IMG/VR virus record: IMGVR_UViG_2061766007_000215 | Direction: 5' to 3' (one strand) | Source of the DNA: an uncultured virus (IMG/VR IMGVR_UViG_2061766007_000215) | Taxonomy: Duplodnaviria; Heunggongvirae; Uroviricota; Caudoviricetes | Length of the DNA: 62,072 bases | Part shown: positions 36,359 through 47,149 of the stretch, in pieces | Numbering within the stretch: the first letter of the stretch is position 1 | How the letters are laid out: each line of letters begins with the position of its first letter | Position numbers and translations under genes: made by a program | The notes under the pieces: generated by a model | Told to the model about the DNA's origin: nothing | Database searches by the model: none | Seen by the model: the letters and a program-made list of their open reading frames with translations, nothing else

Positions 36359-38306
36359 TATTATCCCACTTTCTTAATTTAAACTCTTCTTTACGCTCTT
36401 TACTCCAAGTTTTAGTAGGTACATAAAAACCAACTACTCTTGAATATTCAGCCGTTTTAGGTTCTCCACAAGTAGGGCAAGTGTCACCATAAAATGCGTG
36501 ATTATGATTACAAGCAGAAATTTTTGTGTTAAATGCAAAATATGTTACACCGCTTTGTGCAATATAATTTGTCATTTTAAGAGCCTTTTCATAACTATTA
36601 AATGGTGCATCTATATTATAATGAAGTATTGAACCACCATTACAATAACCATCAAAAGCGGCTTGTATCTTAATTCTTTCTTGACCTGTAGTTTGAATAC
36701 CTAAAGGAATAAACTGATTACCATAAAGAGGTAAATCATAAATCTTAGCCTTTGGATAGAAAAACTTATCCTTTTTCATTAACTTACCTGCGGCACTTTC
36801 AGCAGGTATTTGTTCTGTGTTTATCTGATAATCACAATTATTTTCTGCTATAAATTCTGCTATAACTTCTCTAATTGTTTCAAATATCTTACGACCAAGT
36901 GTATAAGCCTTATCCGTATAATAAACATTTCCTAATTCATCTTTTTCAATATATTTAAATTTTTTCATAGTTTCATATATACCGATAAATCCTACTGTAT
37001 TATATAGATGTTCAAAATCAATAAGATTATATGTGAAGTTAGGCAATAGTCCTTTTTCTACATTTCTTTTAATTATATGTCTTACACAATCTAAGGCTTG
37101 AAGATTTATATTTGTCCTTCTCTTTAATTCTGAAAGATATTCTTCTTCGTTTTTAGTATCAAGAGCAAGTCTAGCAAGGTTAATTGTAGATACTTTAACA
37201 GAACCAACTTTAAGAGCCGTTCCTCCTACGGAATTGAAATAGCCTAAGTCACGTATATCTGATTTAAGTCTACAACAATTTGAAAGACTATTAACTGATG
37301 TATCTACAAATATATTACTGTCAGACCATTTCATATTATGTTTAATAGCCCATTCAGCAAATTCTTTATCTTCAAATCCATCAAGTGTTTCTAAATCATA
37401 ATTACCTTGTTTTCTTAATAGACTAATAGTGCTAACAGGGAATGTAAACATACACGTACTGCGTATATCTGACATAACTTCCATATACCACTTTTGAAAC
37501 TCTATAATTTCTTCTTCAAAATCAATCATAAAAGTTCCATCGGGAAATTCTGAACCACCAAAAAGTGCTTCAAAGTAAGGTCTATCAAATACACTTGTAT
37601 TAGTAAATGCACTTTGTGAACCATCTCTTACATAAGGTTGATTAAGAGCATATATAAGACGTTGAAATGCTTGGTCTGCATAATATCTTTCATTATGTGA
37701 AATCTTTATACCAAGATAATCATTATCTACATCTTTCTTCCAAAAATAAAACATATAAGGAATTATATTAGGTAAACCAACCGCACCACTTGTTCTATTA
37801 CTTGCAAAACTTACAAATTCTTTTACAAAATCTACAAATGTAATAAGGTGTTGTGCAGGTAAAGCATTATGTCCATCAATAAAATATAACCCTTTTTCTG
37901 CTAAATCTTTAAGGTCATAAGCAAAACAATATGAACGGAAAGAACAAGAATTAGCATCGTGCATATATAAAGCACCAATCCATTCCATTTCTAACCAATC
38001 ATTAGCCGCTTTAAACCCATACTTTTTCTGAATTTCATAATATATTTTATTAAATGCTAAAAGTTTACTATGTGGTTTAGGCATTTCTCTTTCAAGAGTT
38101 ACAATGTCTTTATGACTAACATTTGAGTTTCCATCAATAGAAGCATCTGCAACGGTTGTTTTGTCTATAAAATTGTTAATAAAATCGGTATATGATAACT
38201 GTGGGTCATCAAACCCATTAATCTCTGCAATATCAGTTCCATACTTTTCTTGCATACGATTATAAGCAGTTACAAAGTTTTTGCATAAATTAATATTAAT
38301 ATACAT
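36348..38306 (-). CDS. nrdD: class III ribonucleotide reductase, no ATP cone, CCR-type active site
   Basis: YMHD, TFPV, NCCRL, EQIPAES, C-terminal Zn site (CPTC), SRVVGFY glycyl-radical motif. Confidence 0.92.
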   Translation of the reverse strand: MYININLCKNFVTAYNRMQEKYGTDIAEINGFDDPQLSYTDFINNFIDKTTVADASIDGNSNVSHKDIVTLEREMPKPHSKLLAFNKIYYEIQKKYGFKAANDWLEMEWIGALYMHDANSCSFRSYCFAYDLKDLAEKGLYFIDGHNALPAQHLITFVDFVKEFVSFASNRTSGAVGLPNIIPYMFYFWKKDVDNDYLGIKISHNERYYADQAFQRLIYALNQPYVRDGSQSAFTNTSVFDRPYFEALFGGSEFPDGTFMIDFEEEIIEFQKWYMEVMSDIRSTCMFTFPVSTISLLRKQGNYDLETLDGFEDKEFAEWAIKHNMKWSDSNIFVDTSVNSLSNCCRLKSDIRDLGYFNSVGGTALKVGSVKVSTINLARLALDTKNEEEYLSELKRRTNINLQALDCVRHIIKRNVEKGLLPNFTYNLIDFEHLYNTVGFIGIYETMKKFKYIEKDELGNVYYTDKAYTLGRKIFETIREVIAEFIAENNCDYQINTEQIPAESAAGKLMKKDKFFYPKAKIYDLPLYGNQFIPLGIQTTGQERIKIQAAFDGYCNGGSILHYNIDAPFNSYEKALKMTNYIAQSGVTYFAFNTKISACNHNHAFYGDTCPTCGEPKTAEYSRVVGFYVPTKTWSKERKEEFKLRKWDNSVS

Positions 38307-38328
38307 TTAAAATTTGCTCCTAATCGTT

Positions 38329-38532
38329 TTATTTTTCGTTTACCCACTTAACCGCTTTTGTAAAATCCATTAAATTATCATCTACTTCAAGGTAGGGGGC
38401 TTGTTGTATTCCTTTTGATAACATAAGGTCTACATCGTTACATATTTCAAAATCAATATTTTTACTTTGTAATTTCTTTTCAAGAACATTACATTTTGGA
38501 CAATTTGTTGAATATAATATTATTTTAGCCAT
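38329..38532 (-). CDS. glutaredoxin/NrdH-like redoxin
   Basis: LYSTNCPKC...APYL. Confidence 0.85.
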   Translation of the reverse strand: MAKIILYSTNCPKCNVLEKKLQSKNIDFEICNDVDLMLSKGIQQAPYLEVDDNLMDFTKAVKWVNEK

Positions 38533-38726
38533 ACTTCAATCCAATCTTCTTCATCAAATGTTTGAGTTTCCATAACTTCCATATTCATCATTGACTTTGC
38601 TTGGTCTGTAAATTGGTTGGGATAATTATAATCGGTATGCGGTTCTTCATCATTTTCATTTTCAAACCATAACAATATAAGTTTTCGTGTAGGATTATCC
38701 CTTATAAAATCTTTAAGTGTCATTTC
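38520..38726 (-). CDS. hypothetical protein
   Basis: MTLKDFIRDN... after AGGAGG RBS; near-identical allele at 44948; start approximate. Confidence 0.55.
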   Translation of the reverse strand, partial: EMTLKDFIRDNPTRKLILLWFENENDEEPHTDYNYPNQFTDQAKSMMNMEVMETQTFDEEDWIEVWLK

Positions 38727-38745
38727 ATAAATTACCTCCTTTCTT

Positions 38746-39192
38746 TTATTTTTGACTCCCATAATATTGTGCGCCTATCTTAATAGGGTTCTGACCAATA
38801 GGTTTGTTATTAAACTTTAACCTATTATATTCTAAAACATTAGTTTGACCATTTAATACCATAGCCACACATTCATAAGTATCATCAGTAGGCGTTGCTT
38901 TAGCAATATCTCTATTTTTCCAAGTGCTGAATTGTCCTTTTTGTGAAAGAACTTCTTCTACGGTATTCGGGTATCTTGGGTCAAATATACGATTGAATAT
39001 TGTTTCGATAGTGGCATATTTACTTTCTCTAATATCGTGTCCACATTCTAATTGTACAATACGTGAAACGAGTTCAATTTCATAAGCCGTAAGTTGTATG
39101 TTCCACCTGTTAACGGGTGTTTCTTCTGCTTTAACAGTTGTGGTAGTAAAAGTTACAAGTAAAAGTGCTACAATAATAATTTTCTTAATCAT
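38746..39192 (-). CDS. SleB/Hydrolase_2-like cell wall hydrolase with signal peptide
   Basis: RIVQLE...IFNR....YPNTVEEVLSQKGQFS. Confidence 0.75.
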   Translation of the reverse strand: MIKKIIIVALLLVTFTTTTVKAEETPVNRWNIQLTAYEIELVSRIVQLECGHDIRESKYATIETIFNRIFDPRYPNTVEEVLSQKGQFSTWKNRDIAKATPTDDTYECVAMVLNGQTNVLEYNRLKFNNKPIGQNPIKIGAQYYGSQK

Positions 39193-40408
39193 TCACATTC
39201 CCCTTTTCTAGTAATTCTTTTAAGAAAGTATTTCTCTTATCAACTACATCAATTAACAAACTATTATTAAATGCTTTTTGACTTCCTATATCACAATGTT
39301 TTTCTTTTGCTCTTGTATCAGATACATAAAGTAACTGTTTACTTAATAATCTCTGATGTTGTTCACTTACTACGTTTATTACGGCTTTCCACTCACCACC
39401 TTGGCTTCTATGTGTTGATATTGCTCTTGCAAGTAAAAGAGTATCTAATTTAGTCTTGGGAATAACTATAAGTTCTTCATCGAACTGACAAACTAAATAC
39501 TTTTCCTGCACATCACGAACAACCCCTATTTGTCCGTTAAATAACTGTGTTAAAGGTACATCATCTTCCGTAAGAATACCATCAGAATTATTAATCATTT
39601 CCCACGATTCTAATGGCATAGCCTTATAATCGTTCTTAGTGTTAACAATACGACTATTCTTTCTGAATATTATGTTAACACCATTTCTTTTGTATGAGAG
39701 TGATAATTCATTGGGTTTAGGTGGATTATATTCGTTTTCAATATATTCATTAAGTTTAAATGTGCCACAATCCCCTACATTATAGGGTGAAAGAATAATA
39801 ATGTCCTCTACTTTATATATTCCGCATAAGCGTTCATATTCCTTTATTATTTCTTCAAAAATTTCATTTGTTTCGATGAACTTGTAATTATTTGAAATTG
39901 TAAGTACGTTCCCGTTGACTTTGCATCTATCACTATCAAAAAACTGTTTACCCTGTCTTACATTCTCACCAACAAATGCACCACCGCTTGTATCATATCT
40001 GAAAACTTTTGTAAGTTCTGCGGTAGGAACTTTACCACTTTCAATAAGGTCGCTGAATACACAACCTTTTGAAATACTTGGTAATTGGTACATATCACCA
40101 CAAAGAACAAACTTTGCTCTTTCGTTGGTTATACATTTTAACATCATTATAAATACGTCTAACCCTACCATTGACATTTCATCTATAATGATAATATCAG
40201 AATTAATTTCTCCGTCTTTAAGACACTTTCTATGAATCGTACTAGCCTTACGATTAGTTTGATTTGCAAGCCTTAAAGCCGCCGCTCCTGTGGGTGCAAG
40301 TAACGAATATGAAAGACCATTATCTTCCATAAGTTTAATAAGAGCCTTAACCGATGAAGTTTTACCCGAACCTGCTTTACCACTAAGGATAGCAATATCA
40401 TATTCACA
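39185..40408 (-). CDS. RecD2-like SF1B helicase, C-terminal part
   Basis: GKAGSGKT (upstream of the track start), APTGAAA, IDEMSM, GD..QLPSI, HRSQGGE. Confidence 0.88.
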   Translation of the reverse strand, partial: CEYDIAILSGKAGSGKTSSVKALIKLMEDNGLSYSLLAPTGAAALRLANQTNRKASTIHRKCLKDGEINSDIIIIDEMSMVGLDVFIMMLKCITNERAKFVLCGDMYQLPSISKGCVFSDLIESGKVPTAELTKVFRYDTSGGAFVGENVRQGKQFFDSDRCKVNGNVLTISNNYKFIETNEIFEEIIKEYERLCGIYKVEDIIILSPYNVGDCGTFKLNEYIENEYNPPKPNELSLSYKRNGVNIIFRKNSRIVNTKNDYKAMPLESWEMINNSDGILTEDDVPLTQLFNGQIGVVRDVQEKYLVCQFDEELIVIPKTKLDTLLLARAISTHRSQGGEWKAVINVVSEQHQRLLSKQLLYVSDTRAKEKHCDIGSQKAFNNSLLIDVVDKRNTFLKELLEKGNVND

Positions 40409-40418
40409 NNNNNNNNNN

Positions 40419-40805
40419 TGTTTCCTCAGACGCTTGATTACATAATCTACGTCTAGCCATAAACATTAGTTCTTGAGCATTAATGTACATTATATGAGTA
40501 ACAAATTCCCCTTGGGGTTTTTCTGCTCTTGGAATATTATTATCTGCTCTATCATCTCTCTGAGATTGTACAAAGTGTTCGACACCCAAACCATGACGGA
40601 CAAAGTGAACCGAAACCCAATAAGGCATCTCAATTTTAAACGCAAACCAAAGAGTTCTAATAGGACTATGTTCTGCTCTTAATATCTTTATTTTCCATTC
40701 TTCACTAGGTAATTGTGTTGATGTTTTACCTATTGTGTTAAGCGCACATTGTTTACAGAATAGCCAATCTTCATCTGTAGGGTGCTTTAACATTTCTACT
40801 TTCAT
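40419..40805 (-). CDS. thyX: ThyX, second allele (truncated)
   Basis: Near-identical to 32612-33142. Confidence 0.8.
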
Positions 40806-40809
40806 TTAT

Positions 40810-40998
40810 TCACCTTTTCTTTATATCATAAATCATAATTCCCCAACCACAACCTAATATAACAAATGTAATACAGGTCAATGGTGTATTGTGTAAACCT
40901 GTAAAAAGATTAAAACAACTTAATATAATACTTATAAGAAACAATATTACACAAATAACAAATTTATTTGATTTAAACCATCCTTTAAATTTATTCAT
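40810..40998 (-). CDS. small membrane protein, second allele
   Basis: Homolog of 33132-33326. Confidence 0.6.
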   Translation of the reverse strand: MNKFKGWFKSNKFVICVILFLISIILSCFNLFTGLHNTPLTCITFVILGCGWGIMIYDIKKR

Positions 40999-41007
40999 AT
41001 TTTCACC

Positions 41008-41550
41008 TTACTTTATTTGAACATTATAATTAGTTATTAATCTAGCACCATTAATTTCTTTACCATTCTTAATTGCTTCTTTGATAGCAACCTTATCGGG
41101 ATTCTCTTCAACTTTCTTTTTTATGTACTTACTAGGTAGAAGTTCAAGATTTGTTATTTCCACACTATCAGATTTACGATATGAAATCTTTGAGTGTGGT
41201 AATTCAAGTTTGTATTTATGTACTGATTCAATATCGAGATTACCTTCCTCGTCTGTAAACTGTCGCTTAATAAAGTAATCTATTCTATTCTTTAACCATT
41301 CCTTCTTTGATTCTCTTGCTTTCTTTTCTGCCGTAAGTCGCTTAATCTCCTTATCAATAACACTAAGGTCACCATCTATAGTTTTAATTAGGCAATTAGT
41401 ATTATCAAGTTTAGTGTGCAAATCAAGTTGAATTGAATCATATAATGCATTAAATTCTTCTTCTGTTTCTACAAGAACACCATCTTCATCTATATTGTAT
41501 TCAAGTAGATTAAACATTTCGTCTTGAATTTCAAAGAGGTTTTTACTCAT
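41008..41550 (-). CDS. Siphovirus Gp157 family protein, second allele
   Basis: Homolog of 33335-33880. Confidence 0.85.
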   Translation of the reverse strand: MSKNLFEIQDEMFNLLEYNIDEDGVLVETEEEFNALYDSIQLDLHTKLDNTNCLIKTIDGDLSVIDKEIKRLTAEKKARESKKEWLKNRIDYFIKRQFTDEEGNLDIESVHKYKLELPHSKISYRKSDSVEITNLELLPSKYIKKKVEENPDKVAIKEAIKNGKEINGARLITNYNVQIK

Positions 41551-41551
41551 C

Positions 41552-41842
41552 TTATTCTCCTATTACTTTAAGGTCTACATTATTATTTACCATCATATCA
41601 TCATTAGTAACACCATTATGTTCTAAAATAATTTGGTTTAAATCGTCATATAAATCATTTATTAAATCATTATAAACTTCATGTAAACGATTAAATGTAG
41701 TGCATTTGTGCTTAATATCAAAATATTTTGGTGGTACTGCACCAATACAATCATATATAATCTGCAAATCTTGTAGTGTCATTTCTAATTGTATCTTTTC
41801 GTGCCAATCCGTTTCTGTTTTTCTTCCTAATTCTCTAATCAT
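41552..41842 (-). CDS. hypothetical protein, second allele
   Basis: Homolog of 33877-34179. Confidence 0.6.
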   Translation of the reverse strand: MIRELGRKTETDWHEKIQLEMTLQDLQIIYDCIGAVPPKYFDIKHKCTTFNRLHEVYNDLINDLYDDLNQIILEHNGVTNDDMMVNNNVDLKVIGE

Positions 41843-42013
41843 TTCTTTTCTCCGTTTTAATAAACATTATATAATTATTATTTTGATTACATATCTCTCT
41901 TAGAAGAGATATTGTATAAATCCCTTCCCTCTTTGTGCCATTTCCTCTTAAACATTCATCATATCTAGGACATTCTTTTGATGCACAAAGACATATATCA
42001 TTTTCCCACATTT

Positions 42014-42445
42014 TTATATCCTTTCATAATTATAACCTTTTTCTGTAGTATAATAAGTATTTATTATTCCTCTATCTTTTAACGCTTTTGTGCAACTAGG
42101 ACAAGGTTTACATATTCTTGTTTTGCCACAACTTTCACGGTATACAAATATTGATGCTTTAGACCAATCTATATCTAAATCCTTTGTATCAATAAGACAT
42201 TTCATTTCTGCGTGTATGCAAGGTAAATGATTATCAGCACAATATCCTCTATTATTTTCTGTATTTAAGTTTTCTCTATATTTATTATATTGATACTGTA
42301 TGGGATTAGTCTTTTTACTATTCCAACCATTTGCTATTATTTTATTTTTATAAACCAAAACCGCACCAATATGTACGTTCTTTTTATTATAATCACTAAA
42401 CTTTGATGCGGTTTTGGCTAATTTAAAAAATTTATTTGTATTCAT
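42014..42445 (-). CDS. cytidine/dCMP deaminase-family protein, second allele
   Basis: IHAE...PCPSC; start taken as ATG 42445 by alignment with allele A. Confidence 0.8.
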   Translation of the reverse strand: MNTNKFFKLAKTASKFSDYNKKNVHIGAVLVYKNKIIANGWNSKKTNPIQYQYNKYRENLNTENNRGYCADNHLPCIHAEMKCLIDTKDLDIDWSKASIFVYRESCGKTRICKPCPSCTKALKDRGIINTYYTTEKGYNYERI

Positions 42446-42451
42446 GTGTAT

Positions 42452-42480
42452 ATTATACCACATAAATATTTATTTGTCAA
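42452..42480 (-). promoter_or_regulatory. consensus sigmaA promoter
   Basis: TTGACA-17-TATAAT. Confidence 0.8.
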
Positions 42481-42482
42481 GT

Positions 42483-42683
42483 CTATTCATCTTCTAATTC
42501 TACAAAGAATTGTCCATTATTATCTACAGGTTGGTCTGTATCTTGAATATAATCTATAAAAGCAGGTAATAAGCAATAATCATTATCTTTTACTCTTTGT
42601 GATAGATATGCGTTCCAAAATAACCAATCTTTACTATTCAATTCTCCGTTTAATTCATTTTGATTTATTTGAAAGATTAACAT
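42483..42683 (-). CDS. hypothetical protein, second allele
   Basis: Homolog of 34815-35036. Confidence 0.6.
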   Translation of the reverse strand: MLIFQINQNELNGELNSKDWLFWNAYLSQRVKDNDYCLLPAFIDYIQDTDQPVDNNGQFFVELEDE

Positions 42684-42687
42684 TTTA

Positions 42688-44919
42688 TCACCTATGCTTA
42701 ACTCTCATTTCTACTTCTTGTTGTTTACCAAGATTGAAAGCCGACCTATAATCTCCCGTTAAATAGCCTGTGACACGTCTTAATCTACGTATATTATGAC
42801 TACCACATTCGGGGCAAGTATCATTCATATCATCAGTAAAACCACAATCATTACACATATCATTAGGAACATTAATAGCAAAATAAGGTATATCTTTATC
42901 CATAGCATAATTTACTATTGCTTCTAATGCTTGTAGATTATGTTTAACTGAACCATCTAGTTCTATATAAGTAATACAACCTGCGGAACTATAACCTGTT
43001 AGTTGTGATTCTATATCTATTTTTTCAATAGGCGACATATTTATCCATACGGGTACGTGCATTGAATTTGTAAAAAATTCTTTATCAGAAATATTAGGTA
43101 TTTCACCATATTGCTCTTTAAATTTTTGCATAGCCGTATAACATAAGTTTTCGGAAGGGCTATAATATACACCAAAATTAAGATAATAAGTATAATCAGT
43201 TAATTCACCATTGATTATCAACTCTTTATGATGTAATTCTTTTTTAAATTCAGCACATCTATCTTTAAATAATTGTTCTATACGTTTTGCTAGTTCCATA
43301 CCTTTAGGATTTGTATGGTCACAACCCATAAGTATTTGTAAACATTCTGCAAGTCCTAATTGACCGATTGCAAGTGTACCATGTTTAAGTGCTGATATAA
43401 TACCTTCTTCGGGTACATATCCTGCCATTGTATTATTTTCATACATAAACTTAGCGGCATCGGGCGATTGAGAACATATATAATCAAAACGTTCTATTAA
43501 TGTGTCTTTGGTGTCATAAATTGCTTTATCTAAAATATTAATAAATTCATCAATATTTTTACTTCCAATTTCTCCACTTGTTTCCATAGCAAGAGTTGGT
43601 AAGATTATTGTACAAGGACAGATATTTCCACGACCATCTTTAAGTTGACCAAATCCATTAGCATCAAATCCATTGGCGGTTCTGCATCCCATTGTACTAA
43701 AATAAGTACGTGGGTCATTTATATCATAACCTTCGTTACCACTCCAATCACAATTTGCATAATTTGGGTATAATCTTTGTGCCGTAGATTTGAGGGCTAA
43801 TTGGAATAAATCATAATTAGGGTCGCCTTTTTGTCTATTAACACCTTTCATACATTGGAAGATACCACAAGGAAATATACTTGTTTTATGAAATTTTCCA
43901 ACACCTTTTATACTACCTTCAATGAGTGCTTTAGTTACCATACGACCTTCGGGTAAAGTACAAGTACCGTAGTTAATTGAGGTGAATGGCAGTTGATTTC
44001 CCGACCTTGATTGAAGTGTATTTAAATTATGATACATACCTTCAACCGCTTGGTTAAGTTCTTTTTCTGTTCTATTTAAAGCATATTTATAAGCCTTTTT
44101 ATTATAAGATTTATAATCAGATTCATCAATAGATAATCCATTATTAAAACTATAATCTAATTCATGTTCTTCTATTAATTCAATATATTCTTTATAATGT
44201 TTAAAAAAAGATTTTCTTACATAAGGTATCATAGTCCAATCTAAGTGTGTAGCAGATACCCCACCAAACTGTTGTAAACTTTGTAATTGAAATATAACTG
44301 CAACTAATTGGAAAGCCGTATTAATAGAATTAGCAGGTCTTACATCAGTTTGTCTTGTATTGAAGCCTTTAGCAAGTAAATCATCAAACGGAATACTTAA
44401 ACAATTATGAGAGCCTATAGCATAACTATCAAGGTCATGTATATAGATTCTATTCTTTAAATGATTTTCTTTTGATTTACGACACATACAATTATTAAGT
44501 GCATATTCTTTTAATACATCAGAAGATACTGCACCCATTTTTCCACCAAAAGAACGTTCATCTACATTAGCGTTTTGATTTTCTACATTTGTTGCTTTTA
44601 ATCGTCTTGTGATAGATTTATTAAGTTTGCTACGTTTATCTCTCTCTAATGTTCTATTATTCCTATAAAGAATATAACTTTTAGCAACATCTTTACGATT
44701 ACTTGCCATTAGTTTTTTTTCAATTATATCCTGTATTTCTTCTACATTTAAATCTTTGTTTTCATTTTCTTTTTCAATACTTTGTGCTATTGTTTCAATT
44801 TTTTCTTTACTTTCATCAGTAAGTTCTTTATCAATATCTATAAAGGCTTGTTCTAATGCCTTTATAATTTTTCCTTTATTGAATTGAACAATTCTACCAT
44901 CACGTTTAGTTACTTGCAT
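42688..44919 (-). CDS. nrdD: class III ribonucleotide reductase with ATP cone, MGCR-type active site
   Basis: VTKRDGR ATP cone, YIHDLD, HNC, MGCRT, YYSPSENLC, RRVTGYL. Confidence 0.93.
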   Translation of the reverse strand: MQVTKRDGRIVQFNKGKIIKALEQAFIDIDKELTDESKEKIETIAQSIEKENENKDLNVEEIQDIIEKKLMASNRKDVAKSYILYRNNRTLERDKRSKLNKSITRRLKATNVENQNANVDERSFGGKMGAVSSDVLKEYALNNCMCRKSKENHLKNRIYIHDLDSYAIGSHNCLSIPFDDLLAKGFNTRQTDVRPANSINTAFQLVAVIFQLQSLQQFGGVSATHLDWTMIPYVRKSFFKHYKEYIELIEEHELDYSFNNGLSIDESDYKSYNKKAYKYALNRTEKELNQAVEGMYHNLNTLQSRSGNQLPFTSINYGTCTLPEGRMVTKALIEGSIKGVGKFHKTSIFPCGIFQCMKGVNRQKGDPNYDLFQLALKSTAQRLYPNYANCDWSGNEGYDINDPRTYFSTMGCRTANGFDANGFGQLKDGRGNICPCTIILPTLAMETSGEIGSKNIDEFINILDKAIYDTKDTLIERFDYICSQSPDAAKFMYENNTMAGYVPEEGIISALKHGTLAIGQLGLAECLQILMGCDHTNPKGMELAKRIEQLFKDRCAEFKKELHHKELIINGELTDYTYYLNFGVYYSPSENLCYTAMQKFKEQYGEIPNISDKEFFTNSMHVPVWINMSPIEKIDIESQLTGYSSAGCITYIELDGSVKHNLQALEAIVNYAMDKDIPYFAINVPNDMCNDCGFTDDMNDTCPECGSHNIRRLRRVTGYLTGDYRSAFNLGKQQEVEMRVKHR

Positions 44920-44947
44920 ATTAAAATGCTCCTTAATAAAATATATT

Positions 44948-45160
44948 TTATTTTAACCAAACTTCAATCCAATCTTCTTCGTCAAATGTTTGAGTTTCCA
45001 TAACTTCCATATCCATCATTGACTTTGCTTGGTCTGTAAATTGGTCGGGATAATTATAATCGGTATGTGGTTCTTCATCATTTTCATTTTCAAACCATAA
45101 CAATATAAGTTTTCGTGTAGGATTATCCCTTATAAAATCTTTAAGTGTCATTTCATAGAT
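44948..45160 (-). CDS. hypothetical protein, second allele
   Basis: MTLKDFIRDN...; start approximate. Confidence 0.55.
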   Translation of the reverse strand: MYEMTLKDFIRDNPTRKLILLWFENENDEEPHTDYNYPDQFTDQAKSMMDMEVMETQTFDEEDWIEVWLK

Positions 45161-45386
45161 TACCTCCTTCCTCATTATATTCTTTATCTGCACGTTTTTC
45201 CCAAATAAATCTTTGTATTTTAAAGATTATATTAAATGGAAAATGATAAATCATTTTTCCATAATAATAATTAGTTATTGTAGGACATTCCCATACAGTT
45301 TTACCATACATAGATAAAAGCATTATTTGTTTACAACCTTCTTTGTCGTTAAAATATTTGCAAAACATACAATTTAAATCTCTCAT
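45153..45386 (-). CDS. hypothetical Cys-containing protein (allele-specific)
   Basis: Absent from the equivalent position at about 38740. Confidence 0.5.
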   Translation of the reverse strand: MRDLNCMFCKYFNDKEGCKQIMLLSMYGKTVWECPTITNYYYGKMIYHFPFNIIFKIQRFIWEKRADKEYNEEGGNL

Positions 45387-45818
45387 TTTTGACTCCCGTA
45401 ATATTGTGCGCCTATTTTAATAGGATTTTGACCAATAGGTTTATTATTAAACTTTAATCTATCATATTCTAAAACATTAGTTTGACCATTTAATACCATA
45501 GCGACACATTCATAAGTATCATCAGTAGGTGTTGCTTTAGCAATATTTCTATTCTTCCAAGTGCTAAATTGACCTTTTTGTGAAAGAACTTCTTCTACAG
45601 TATTCGGGTATCTTGGGTCAAATATACGATTGAATATTGTTTCGATGGTGGCATATTTGCTTTCTCTAATATCGTGTCCACATTCTAATTGTACAATACG
45701 TGAAACAAGTTCAATTTCATCAGCCGTAAGTTGTATGTTCCATCTGTTAATGGGTATTTCTTCTGCTCTAACAGTTGTGGTAGTAAAAGTTACAAGTAAA
45801 AGTGCTACAATAATAATT
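45383..45818 (-). CDS. SleB-like hydrolase, second allele
   Basis: Track ORF fuses it to the helicase across an N-gap. Confidence 0.75.
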
Positions 45819-45853
45819 NNNNNNNNNNNNNNNNNNNNNNNNNNNNNNNNNNN

Positions 45854-46447
45854 TTGTGTTAAAGGCACATCTTCTTCTGTAAGAATACCATCAGAATTGT
45901 TAATCATTTCCCAAGATTCTAACGGCATAGCCTTATAATCATTTTTAGTATTAACAATACGACTATTTTTTCTGAATATTATGTTAACACCATTTCTTTT
46001 ATATGAAAGTGATAATTCATTAGGTTTAGGTGGATTATATTCGTTTTCGATATATTCATTAAGTCTAAACGTACCACAATCACCAACATTATAAGGCGAC
46101 AAAATAATAATATCTTCTACTTTATATATTCCGCATAATCTTTCATATTCCTTTATTATTTCTTCAAAAATTTCATTTGTTTCTATAAACTTATAATTGT
46201 TTGAAATTGTAAGTATATTATTTTTAATCTTACATCTATCACTATCAAAGAACTGCTTACCCTGTCTTACATTTTCACCAACAAATGCACCACCACTTGT
46301 ATCATATCTAAACACTTTTGTAAGTTCTGCGGTAGGCACTTTACCACTTTCAATAAGGTCGCTAAATACACAACCTTTTGAAATACTTGGTAATTGATAC
46401 ATATCACCACAAAGAACAAACTTTGCTCTTTCGTTGGTTATACACTT
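45854..46447 (-). CDS. RecD2-like helicase fragment, second allele
   Basis: Same peptide as part of 39185-40408. Confidence 0.8.
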
Positions 46448-46457
46448 NNNNNNNNNN

Positions 46458-47072
46458 TGACCTATTTAGTATAGAAATTAAAACCTTATAAGGATTTTCT
46501 TTAAGTGCCGTATCTATGTTATTTTCATCTGTATATTCAGAAATTAACTGTTTAATATCAGTTATGTTAATCTCATAATCTTTAAATCTCTGTAACATAC
46601 CATAATACTTATACTTTTCTGTAAGATTACGTGTATAAGCATTAAGATATGCAGACCCTACACCATGAATAAGAGATAAATCAATACTCTCTTGCCCTTC
46701 TGTAAGTATCTTTTCTATAAAATTAGGGTATGCGTCAAGGATATTATTAGCAATCTTTTCACTTGAAGTACAATCCATAAGTATTTCAAATGATTCAGCC
46801 CTTGTAAGTGTTTTAAAATCAAGACCTGCCATTGAAGGCACACTAATAATACGTACACAAGAACCATATTTAGGGTCGCAAGATATTTCTTCAACCTCTA
46901 AATCATATTCCTTACCTTCGACAATATAACTATCTTCACCCTTGGATGAAAATGTCATATAAGGGGATAATTTAAGACGCTCATATCCACTTATACCGCT
47001 CCATGAGAAGATACGGAAATCTCCATTTGAAAAATTTGTTCTTAAACATTTTGCTCTTAATTTAAATGACAT
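46458..47072 (-). CDS. RecD2-like helicase N-terminal part
   Basis: FSNGDFRIF...PKYG...HhH IHGVG...ENPY. Confidence 0.7.
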
Positions 47073-47097
47073 AAAATTAACTCCTTATCTGATATCT

Positions 47098-47126
47098 ATT
47101 ATACCAAATAAGGAGTCATTTGTCAA
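47098..47126 (-). promoter_or_regulatory. consensus sigmaA promoter for the helicase
   Basis: TTGACA-17-TATAAT inside an inverted repeat. Confidence 0.8.
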
Positions 47127-47149
47127 GTGTTTTTATAAAATTATTTTAA

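Noticed and set aside
45383..46402. Helicase-cell wall hydrolase fusion in the ORF track
   Set aside because: The fusion crosses an N-gap; the genes are separate in the contiguous allele (38746-40408).
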